Shown here one piece after another: positions 37,855 through 48,378 of a stretch of DNA of 64,000 nucleotides. Location: positions 310,001-374,000 of the forward strand of contig NW_026782182.1 in NCBI RefSeq assembly GCF_031769215.1, read 5' to 3'. Positions within the stretch are counted from its first letter, which is position 1; every line of letters starts with the position of its first letter. The notes under the pieces are model-generated. The model had not been told where the DNA came from and made no database searches. It worked only from the letters and a program-made list of their open reading frames with translations. The DNA comes from Ylistrum balloti (taxonomy: Eukaryota). Made by a program: the position numbers and the translations under genes.

Positions 37855-38760
37855 TTATCTCATTATTACGAGTTACGTTATCTCGTTATTACGAGTAAAG
37901 CTATCTCATTATTACGACTTAAGTCATTTTATTGTTATTTAATTCATCACATGGGCAAACGTTTGAAATACATTGCCAAAATTGAGATATGATCTGTGAA
38001 GGATCTGAGTTCACAAACATAGGGGTTCCCACATTAGTCGCCTCTTACAACATGCAGTGCATATGCATAAGTTCGTGTTCATATCTCAAAAAGGCATAGA
38101 TCGTTAAGATTAATCAATTGTTTTCTCTTCAAAATCAGGTATGGATATGTTCTGTAATTTCAAGAAAAATATCCAAATCTTACTACAATACACGGAAAAT
38201 ATTCAAATATCATAGGTCGGATAATTGCTCGTTACCTAATTCATTGGAAATTTCCCAATTTTAGCATTGAAATGAAAAGTTACTAGTCATATCTATACCT
38301 CATTTTGAAATAGTAATATTCATCTTTTGATGTTAAAGACGACAGATGTTGGAGTTCTGTACTTTTCTGTTAATATGTATACATACTATTTTATAAAAGA
38401 GCTAAGTGTCTTTGGTCTTGAGGAGAAAAAAAATGTATAACCAAAAGGCGGGTGGTCCAGTTTACGGATGTAGACAAAATGTCCACATGCCAAACTTTGC
38501 ACCACGTCGATTCGCGCCGTACAGGGTTCTTAAAATAGCAATTTTCTCCATTTTGCAATAAATTAATAACGCTAAGGCTCAAATCACGCGAGAGAATCCT
38601 GGGTAAAAAGTATATGGTTCATACTACGTGAAAGAGATAGCTAGCTAACTCGTAATAACGAGATAAATTATGTCGTGATAACGAGATAACTTAAGTCGTG
38701 ATAACGATAAACTTATGTCGTAATATCAAGATAAACATAACTCATAATAACGAGATAGTT
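37855..38760. mobile_element. Foldback/MITE-like element bounded by inverted arrays of a ~23-bp unit (TATCTCGTTATTACGAG)
   Basis: Left array 37855-37923 and right array 38647-38760 in opposite orientation; 19-bp perfect reverse-complement match 37878-37896 vs 38648-38666; no TSD resolved. Confidence 0.5.
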
Positions 38761-40297
38761 TTTTATTTTTATTTTTCAAATAATACTATTCGGCTTTCTT
38801 AGCTTTCATAATTACTCTACATTCATACATGTGACAGACTGTATTTCTCTTATATCTTACACAAATAATTGATAAACACAACGTTGACCCAGCAACTGCA
38901 GTGTTGAGTATAACATACTTTCTGTGTGAATTATTGCCATATAAAGAACACAATAATCTCTTCGTCACTAGTTTTTGTGATAGTATGTTCCTGGATTCAG
39001 TACCGCATCGTCATGGGCAGACAAGCAACAGAATAAAGTATCATAATAATGTAACGTTGTCATTTCATTGTGAAGTTATAACAGTAAAGCTTACAATACA
39101 TTCATGTGGTGTTGTGCTTAACAAAATCTCATTTAAGGCGAAGCCTGATTCTCACGTTGGAATGAGGCATTGCATGATTTTGATATAGGGATAGCTTTTA
39201 GCGGAAGGTGTTTCAATGATGCAGAAAAGAACACGAGAGTTCCTGATCATATTATCTTTAAAGTGGTTGCTATGTATATGTTTATTTTGTTCAAATCTCC
39301 CTTCGATTCTGAACTCTGATCAACGTTTGATATGTTCCTAATTCGTGTGAAGGCCAGATATCATGATTATCTGATGGTGCCGGATACATTCGTTCACAGA
39401 GCGAATCTTGTCCGCGCACTACGGAGATAGTTAAATATAGAGAGTGGTACTTTTCGGGGAGTCGTGGAAACCTGGTAAAGTTGGGTCAACAGAATGTGGT
39501 CCAGGTGCAACTTTCACTATTGCATGTCTGAGTAAACTCTTCATGCGCGTTAGTATACGCAAATAAATAAAATATCGTTTCTGGCTAGAGAGATACGTGT
39601 CGCCATTTTTATTTTATGAGCGGCAAGGGTTTGTAATGCATGATAGCAAAGGTGTTTGAATTGTCTAGACCGCTTTGACATTTCACGAGATTTTTGCCAT
39701 GGTTATGTCCTTGAAATTGCTTTCACAGGCAATAATTTGGTCTGTCATAACACACCCTACAAATTAGAGTTTTCACCGACATATCTATCGCATCCAGTTA
39801 CGTTATTCATTATTTCATTTGTGAACAAATTTGGTGAGGAACGATGAAAAGCTGTCTGTGTGTGGGCAACACTACCAAGGAAAACAGAGATAGTGATTTC
39901 AAATGACAGATAAAATGTGTCTACTAACGCAATTTTACTACATATTGCATATCTTTATGCATTGTTTTTCAATTATCTCGACGTCGGTCGAGATGGTATC
40001 GAATAGAAATTTGATTTGAATAGTAATCCTCGGAATATACATTTATGAATATTTCATACATTTCTAACATTTCATTGGCTACTTTTTGACGTAATAAAAG
40101 TATTGGTGGTATATCGTACAAGATTTCACTCGGAATTTCAGATTATCTTACCTTTGCGTACAGCAGAGCAGCCTAGAGGTTACACACATGTCAGCAGAAT
40201 CTTATTCAAACTCACATTCGGTGATGTGAACGCAAAATGTGAACAAAAGAAAGATTGCACGGAGACATCTTATAAATAAAAAATATATATCGTATAT

Positions 40298-40337
<40 letters not shown>
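40298..40337. repeat. 40-nt poly-G homopolymer
   Basis: Seen directly. Confidence 0.95.
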
Positions 40338-40339
<2 letters not shown>

Positions 40340-40649
40340 ATGGAAGTATGATATTGATAATGCATATAAAAAGTTGTGTTTTGTGATGTGAGGTCTCGTT
40401 TGAATTGCATATCATAATGTCTTCTCAAGATTCAAATGAAGAGAATTATTTGAAATATACATTTTTATATATGTACTAAATCCTGTCATATGTCGTTGAT
40501 TTATCATTGTGTAGACTTATCGATCTTAGTAAGTACTCTAACCAAGGATCTCGTCGAAGTTATTTTTACCGTCCAATGAGAATACACCTTGATTTGATCC
40601 ACCAATCAAAATTTCAGCTTTATCAACAGTACTGAAACAAGTTTTTCTA

Positions 40650-40832
40650 AGTTATATGTATCACTCTGGTGGTCCCTGTTGGAATCATGCACTGTGTGTT
40701 CCTACTTTGGAATCAAAACGGAGTACCCGGAGAAAATCCACATGGTCCGGTAAACATCCCCACAATTTCTAGTCCGGAAATCGAACTGCGGATGTCTCTG
40801 TTGAAGGCGAGTGCTTTATCACCCGACCACCA
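40650..40832 (-). mobile_element. tRNA-headed SINE relic with V-domain core
   Basis: Minus strand has A-box-like TGGTCGGGTGAT (40818-40829), B-box-like GTTCGATTTCC (40776-40786), then GTGGATTTTCTCCGGGTACTCC (40720-40741) matching the conserved V-SINE core motif. Confidence 0.65.
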
Positions 40833-41102
40833 ATTAGATTGATGGCTTTTAGAAGCTTGAAGATTTACTGTCAGAATCCTATCATATCTCTGCTAGCAGT
40901 CATTGGAACAATATAGATTACTGAGTACGTAACGTGGAAACAGTATTGGAGGGTTAAGAATCATAGCCTGGACACATATCGAGTTCATTGTAAATAAGTA
41001 TGAAGTGTTTTACTATTTTACATTTAGCCATACACACAAGGACAGACAGTTTTCTCTCTTCTCAAGTCTGGAGGGAAAACACGATGAAACATAACCCATA
41101 GT

Positions 41103-44100
41103 CAGTGGCGTAGCGTCCGTGCATGCTTGCATGCTCAAGCATGCAAGAATAAAATTCGAGAAAACATGTTTTCTTTTTCTTGTTTATTAATCTATTTCCA
41201 TAATGTGCATGATTCTTTTCTCGCGATTTGTTTTATATACCGTTGCGACGATATATTCCGGAAACTTTCCAGGTTTCAAGTTTACTTTTATAATACCAGA
41301 CACACTTCCGTAACCAAGTTAACAAGCGCTTACATTTTCGAGATCATGTCGAAAAAGATAGAAGATTTTTTCAAAAAGGTTCCAAAGTCTGATGTTGAAG
41401 AGTCTTCGTCAAATATAGCCGAATCGCTTCCCGATGACAAATCAGACCCAGTCAAACTTCAGCAAGAACTAAAAGAAGGACCATGTTGTGTTGACCTAGC
41501 TTGCGAACAGTTAACAGATCAAATAAAGAAGAAAGTTTTGTTAGAGTCCTGGGATCAGTGGCTCGGTTTTCCCTTTCCACAAAGGTATTGGTTATTCGCA
41601 AATGAGAGTTTTAGAGTTCAGAAGGTTCCGGGTTCGAGCCCGGTCTTTCCCCATTCCTATAGTATTTCACAATTACTGTAAATAATGGCCTAGACATATC
41701 TAATATCATCACAAAGAAATAAATCGTCAACTAATAGAATTGTGTTACAAGTGTCTATACTATAACATCTATATTAGAGATATTACAGATAGGAGGCAAA
41801 ATGCGCATACACACGTTACACTAAAAACACATAATCTTATGCGTGTTTGTATTAGTGTTCTGTGCCTCATATCGGTATGTTTGTGGTTGAAATGTAATAT
41901 ACGGCTGTTTTCTACATTTTGTTTCAAATAATCAATTTAACAGCATTCGCCATTTGTTAAATATGCCAACTTGTTTCTTTTTCGTCTTATGAACAATTTG
42001 GCTCATATAAGAATACTTCTTGGAATTAAGAGAACAAAAATATGCAGCATTGAACTCAGGATCTTCTGAACACTAGACCGTCAGTTTAAGCGATTAAGCC
42101 GTCTGGTCACCGGCAATCCCAGTTCATCGACAGTTTCGTTACCATTACCCTAAGACATATTGTTTCTGTTATTCAAGGGTATTGTTAGCTCTTTTTCCAC
42201 TACCCTATGCATAATAAAAGATAACGATGATTTTATGAGCTTTTGCATTCATTAAGGATCATAAAGTACAACAAAATATGTGTCTAAACTACATGTATTG
42301 TAACAATACAGTTTCCTCATACTTATGGACGCTTATCGATAAAAAAATCAATGCTCTTTTTGTGTAGCTTTTTAAAAATATGATTTCAATAGATAAATAG
42401 AAAGGGTGAATTTAGATTTTAAATTCAGGAAAAAACATATCTAAACTATATGGATTTTGAAAAGGGCTGTAAGGATTTTGAAAAGGGCTTTACGTACGAG
42501 TTGAAACTAAAATTCAGCAGAAAAGTGAGTTAACGTATATAGAACCCGTCTGATGAAACATATATGGTTCATGATATAATACATGCTACTTCCGTACTAT
42601 ATATGCAATTTTAAAAGCGTTTTTCAAATAGATGATTTTACGTTGTTACATCATGTATTTGTACATGAAAATCGCTCAATAATTCTACATGCCACTTGCA
42701 TAAAGATTTGTGAGCATATCGAGTTAATCAACTAGTTTGATAAGTTTCATATTGCATGCTACATAGTCACTAGTGTAAGATTCTATTTATCACATACTAG
42801 GTATTAATGAGAATATAAGCTAATTCTCAGTGAATGTGATTTCATATTGATGATGTCGTATTCGGAATGTCCCTTTTGACTTATGCTCGGTACTTTTGTG
42901 TTTACATGTACTTACATACCAGTGTCTTTCTATTTCAGAAAAGTACATGGCCGCGAGAGAAGATTCAACTACACCTGGTTGAAAGAACATCCATGGATGC
43001 GCTATTCCGTCTCCAAGGATTCAGTTTATTGCGTGCACTGCTTCATATTTGGAGATAAGTCTGGAAAGGAGAGGCCATTCAGATCTCCAGTAGATGACTG
43101 GATCAACCTTTCCACTTACGTCAAGCGTCATGAAGCAGAGAACTCACCTCACCATGGCTGTCAGATTTCGGCGGATCATTTTATTGATATTATGACTGGA
43201 AAGGATGACTCAATTGTATCAAAACTCGACTCTTCTCACAAAGCAGATGTCAACAAAAACAGACACATATTGAAAAAGATAATCGAGGTGTTGCTGCTGT
43301 GTGGTCGGCAAAACATTGCAATCAGGGGGCACACTGAAGAAAAGAGCAATTTTTGGGCAATTTTGAATGTTCTGTGTGCAGATGATCTTGTGGTCCAAGA
43401 TCACATCTCCAACCCTAACGCGCAGTTAAAGTACACATCTCCAGATATCCAGAACGAATTAATTGAAATACTGGCGTCTCATGTCACCAAAGCAATTACA
43501 CTTCGAATTAAGGAGTCACCGTACATCGCCGTTCTTGCAGACGAATGTACAGACAAATCTACCAAAGAGCAATTGTCTGTCTGTGTGCGTTACCTTGATA
43601 CGACAGAAAACGGTGAAATATGTGTTAAAGAAGACTTTTTGTGTTTCATACATGTTAAGAGCATTAAGGGGGAGGACTTGGCTCCTGAAATCATACAAGC
43701 TCTTCGGAACTTTGGCCTGGACATTGCAAAATTAAGGGCTCAGGGGTATGATGGGGCATCGAACATGTCTGGAAAATTTCGCGGTGTACAGGCAATTATA
43801 AGACAAACAGCTCCGCATGCCACCTATGTGCATTGCAAGTCGCACCAGTTAAATCTTGCCCTTGTTCATTCCTCTTCCCAAGCCTGTGTACGGACCATCA
43901 TGGGAACGGTGCATGATATCGCTTTTGCTTTCGATTATTCAGCAAAGCGCTTGCAGTACTTCAAAAATGAGCTCCTCGGTGACCAAAACGCCAAAGATCA
44001 AATGGAGTCTAGGACCAAACTGAGAACACTGTGCGAAACGAGATGGTCTAGTCGTGCTGATGCCTTACACACGTTCAAGGCTTCATTCAGTGTCATCGTT

Positions 44101-45312
44101 AGTAGTTTGGAGGCGTTGAAGAACGACGGAGATGACAAAGCGGGTGGAAGATTGGCAGCAATTTTGAGGTTCGAGTTTATCATTGGGCTGGTCGTTACTG
44201 AACACATCCTCAGCGGCACTGTTGCGCTTTCCAACCATCTACAGTCAGTAGACTGCGACCTTATGGAAGCCGCCACTGAATGCAGGACTGTAATAAGTAT
44301 GCTCAGAAATGAACGAGCGGATGATGATGTTTGGAATGAGCTGTTTGACCAGGCTGTCGGCGTAGCCGCAGAATACGGTATTCAACCTTGCGTCCCGAGA
44401 CAAACTGGACGACAGCAGCAACGTGCAAACTACCAGATACCCGACCCAAGGCAATATTGGAAAGTTAGTCTGTTCTTGGTTTTTCTTGACCATTTGATCA
44501 CAGAGCTGGAGACACGGCTATTGGATAGCGAGGGTAGATTCAAAGCAGAGACGCTCTTCCCACGTAATCTTCAGCAACTCACTGACGATATTGTCAACGC
44601 AGTGTTTGATGCCTTTGAAGTAGACCTGTCCGACAAGGCGTCTTACCTGACGGAAGTTCGGCGATGGAGAACCAGATGGGTAGCCATTCCACTAAAGGAC
44701 CGACCAAGAGGTCTCTGCGAAATCCTGGATCGGACAAGTCGAGATCTATACCCAAACATTAGAAATATCTTTAGTGTACTTCTCTCAATGCCGACATCGA
44801 CTGCATCAGCCGAACGATCTTTCAGCTCGATGAGACGAATTAAGACCTACCTCCGGACAACAATGACGACAGAACGGCTGTCTGCTCTTGCTGTCCTCCA
44901 TACCCATCGGGACACTCAGGTTGACATAGATACTGTCATTGATGACTTCGCGGCAGCAAAGTCTCGAAAGTTGCAATTCGTTTAAACCAATACCGGAGGA
45001 TCAGAATGATGTCTTTTTGTGGTAGATAACCACTTTAAAATTTTTCGTAACTTTTTGATGTTTCATGGTACAATCTTCCCTTAAATCTACGTTTTAGATT
45101 GGTATTGTGTTGTATATTTCTTTATCTCATCTTTTGTATCGTAAAGTTGTTTTTGACAAATGTGAAAAGTGAGATTAAAATCTTTATAATCTTTATATAT
45201 GCTGGTCTTTTTAATAATTTCGAATGATTACAATGCTGTAATCAAAATACCTTCAGCTGCCGCCCCTGCACCCCCAAGCATGCAATTGAATGAAGGCCTC
45301 GCTACGCCACTG
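41103..45312 (+). mobile_element. Autonomous hAT-superfamily DNA transposon, 4210 bp, 13-bp perfect TIRs, 5-bp TSD (hAT5-like)
   Basis: TIRs CAGTGGCGTAGCG (41103-41115) and CGCTACGCCACTG (45300-45312); flanks ATAGT (41098-41102) and ATAGT (45313-45317); internal intact transposase. Confidence 0.93.
41346..44985 (+). CDS. hAT transposase, join(41346..41584,42939..44985), 761 aa; TTF-type zinc finger + DUF4371 + DDE/RNaseH + hAT C-terminal dimerisation domain (PRKRIR/THAP12- and ZMYM1-like family)
   Basis: Phase-2 intron AG|GTATTG...TTTCAG|A joins FPFPQR-KVHGRERRFNYTWLKEHPW..YSVSKDSVYCVHC; motifs LADECTD, QGYDGASNMSG, HCKSHQLNL, CETRW, SAERSFSSMRRIKTYLRTTM..ERLSALA; no stops or frameshifts. 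Confidence 0.92.
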
Positions 45313-46169
45313 ATAGTACTGCTGTCGTTATGAAAAAATGTGCATGTTCTTATTTCCTGCCGGAAGCTTCAAAATGTACCAAAGGCCAGGCATATTTGAA
45401 TATTTGACATTTGAATCACCATTCGGAATATCCCTCTTACATGGCTCCTGGTATTTCTCGAAGAACGGTGTTTTATAGTGATCAGTCCTGTCTAGTTGCT
45501 TACTTCATACACGAGAGGTAATTCTACACATAATTGTATGTATATTTATTGAGAATGTTATAGTTGTAATTGTTGATATTGATGTGTACTGAAGTCAACA
45601 GGTTACCGTGATGTATCAATTAAGTTTGGAATTAAATTGATTTCTTACCTATTTCAACTACGTAAAAAAGGATTCACAGCCACATTGACGATTCCTGTTT
45701 GAACATACAATGTACATGTACCAATTAACTCTTGCTTTTACAGGACCGAATGATTTACCTGATCGGTATTAATTCAGTATTATGAAATCACATACATTCC
45801 TTGGGGGTTAAGTTTCGTGGTTAAAAAGTCATTATTTCGTAGATATTTGATAGCGGGGATATATTTATCTCAATAAATGTATTCACTTTTAATATACTAA
45901 TGATAACAGTTCATGGAAATGAAATCGTGGTTAAGGGAATCCACGAAATCTACGAAAATTGAAAACGCACACAAATTAATAAGTTCACGGTAACACTGTG
46001 GTAGGTACATATAAGCATTAACGATAATGCTATGAGAGAGAAGGGGTCTTTCAGTTGGCAAGTGAATTTCACATTTTAATATTCGGGAACATTCCATGGA
46101 CGCCATTTGATCTAAATTGAGAAGAAGAAAAAAAACTCGTGCGATATGAAGTTTGGATGTTGCGTTATT

Positions 46170-46615
46170 GTTTACATGCTCTTCGTTTGAGAACGTGGCA
46201 TTTCTTAGATAGATCTAGATATACATTGTGAATGACTCCGGAAAGCAGCAGATCTTTCCGGAACACCTGCTCTTCGTTACAGAACGTGGCATTTTTGGGT
46301 AGATATACATTGTGAATGACTCCGAAAAAGCAGCAGATCTTTCCGGAACACCTGCTCTTCGTTTGAGAACGCGGCATTTTTTGATAGATATGCATTGTGA
46401 ATGACTCCGAAAAAGCAGCAGATCTTTCCGAAACACCTGCTCTTCGTTTGAGAACGCGGCATTTTTTGATAGATATACATTGTGAATGACTCCGAAAAAG
46501 CAGCAGATCTTTCCGAAACACCTGCTCTTCGTTTGAGAACGCGGCATTTTTTTGATAGATATGCATTGTGAATGACTCCGATAAAGCAGCAGATCTTTCC
46601 GGAACACCTGCTCTT
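46170..46615. repeat. 85-bp tandem repeat, about 5 copies, abutting the HINE element
   Basis: CACCTGC at 46264, 46349, 46434, 46519, 46605. Confidence 0.9.
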
Positions 46616-48378
46616 ATTAGGGCTTTTCACCATTTGGTGAAAAGACCTATTGTTTTTGTTATGTTTCTTATTATCATTGTTATTATTATTATTGTTATTA
46701 TTATTATTTTTCTTCCGAACTTTGTGGGTTCGTAATCTTTTAAACGGTAAAGACCACACCTAATATGTATTGACTATGTTATAGGTACATAATGGAAGGT
46801 GACGATGCAGATTTTTTAAGTAGGTCAAAAATCCAATATGGCCGGTATGACGTCATAAGTTAAAAACTTTAAAACGGCCGTAACTCGAAAACCGTTGAGT
46901 GTACAGAGTTTGTCCAATTATGTTATTTGTAGACAATTTCCTTATCTAACTTTTCCCTAGCCATTATAATACAAAATATGTCTAATAAAAAAGCTCGCTG
47001 TGGGGTTAATATTTGAAAATTTGAAAACAAATTTTTATTTTTTCAATTTTGATTTTTCTTCAAAATTTCTTTAACACATCGATGCAGAATGTCCTTCCGA
47101 TGAATTTAGTGATTTTAGTTTTTCTGTAACGTTTACCACTTCCGTTGTATGCCATTTTGAAAATTTCCTTTGATCTTTTAAAAATGCCGACAATTTGGAA
47201 AAACTCGATCTAGATCTTTACCAACGGTTTTTTTTTGGAATAATTTATCATCAGAAAAACAAAATGGCCGCCATGACGTCATATCCGATTTTACCTAAAA
47301 TGCCGTAACTCAAGAACTGTTTCAGCTAGTGACCTCAGTTTTAATCATATTATGTAAAATAATAAAAAAAAAACACTTTTCACAAGAAAAAAACTGGGAT
47401 CAAAGGTCAACTTCCGGTCTTTGGTAGGGGTCAAAGTTCAAAAGTGTTATTTCTGCAATGCCTTGAGTCTTGATATTTCATGTGTAAGATGTCTGATCAA
47501 TTATCTATCAAGATTGTTAATATAAATGACCTTGACCCACTTTCAAGGTCACAGGGGTCAATTATGTAAAAATCGTTAAATGGTAATTTCTCCATTGTTA
47601 AGAAATATTCTGTGGACATTTCCTGTCGAGTGATATAAGAGAAACGTACCTCAAAATTCAACTTCCGGTTTGCAGTAGGGGGTCAAAGTTGAAAATTGCT
47701 ATTAAGGGTACCAATCTTTGAAAAACTTCTGCTCAAATTCTGAAAGGCCTAGAGGCTCTATATTTCACACATATGAAGCATATGTAACTGGCAACGAAGT
47801 TTGATAATATAAATGACCTTGATCCACTTTCAAGGTCACAGATGTAAATTAACTAAAATTGTTAAATGAAAGTTTCTCAATTTCTAGAAGGCATACAATG
47901 ATGAAAATTGATTATAAACCTTCTATGGAGACTTCCTAGTGATTGTCATAAGGAAAACTTCCCTCAAAATGTTGACTTCCGGTTTCCCAAAGGGGTCAAA
48001 GTTCAAATATACAAAATAGGGTACCAGTGTTCAACAATCTTCTTGTCAAGTCTCACAAGGTCTAGAGAACTAATATTGGTGATATATTGATTATCAGATG
48101 TTACATTACAAGGCTTGCAAATATGAATAACCTTGACCGACATTCAAGGTCACAGTTGTCAAATATGTTTGAACCTTTAAAAAGTGTATTTCTTCGTTAT
48201 TATGTAGTTATATCTCCTTAACGTTTCAAGATTCAAAGTTCATCTTTGGATATGTTGTAGAGACTAACAAACAAGGAATCTTTCTCATATATTGTTATCA
48301 GGATAAATGTCAACTTCCGGTCAACTTGTCGCCACAGAAGTGAAAAGCCCGCCAAATTGTTAACAACAATTTCTAGTT
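46615..48378 (+). mobile_element. Non-autonomous Helentron-associated (HINE/DINE-1-like) element, about 1.76 kb
   Basis: Follows TT; sub-terminal inverted repeats GGGCTTTTCAC (46620-46630) and GTGAAAAGCCC (48340-48350); 5' hairpin CTTTTCACC-ATTT-GGTGAAAAG; (TTA)n microsatellite at about 46665-46710; internal repeats (ACTTCCGGT..GGGGTCAAAGTT; TGACCTTGA..TCAAGGTCA); 3' hairpin AAATTGTT-AAC-AACAATTT then CTAGTT. Confidence 0.8.

Noticed and set aside
41127-41345. Upstream part of the 184-aa ORF and the MLGTFV start of the 700-aa ORF as transposase N-termini
   Set aside because: The first overlaps the terminal region and the second lies in the intron's pyrimidine tract; the spliced model from ATG 41346 restores the expected FPFPQR..RRF..W zinc-finger lead-in
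41095-45320. Standard 8-bp hAT TSD
   Set aside because: CCCATAGT vs ATAGTACT do not match; only 5 bp are duplicated
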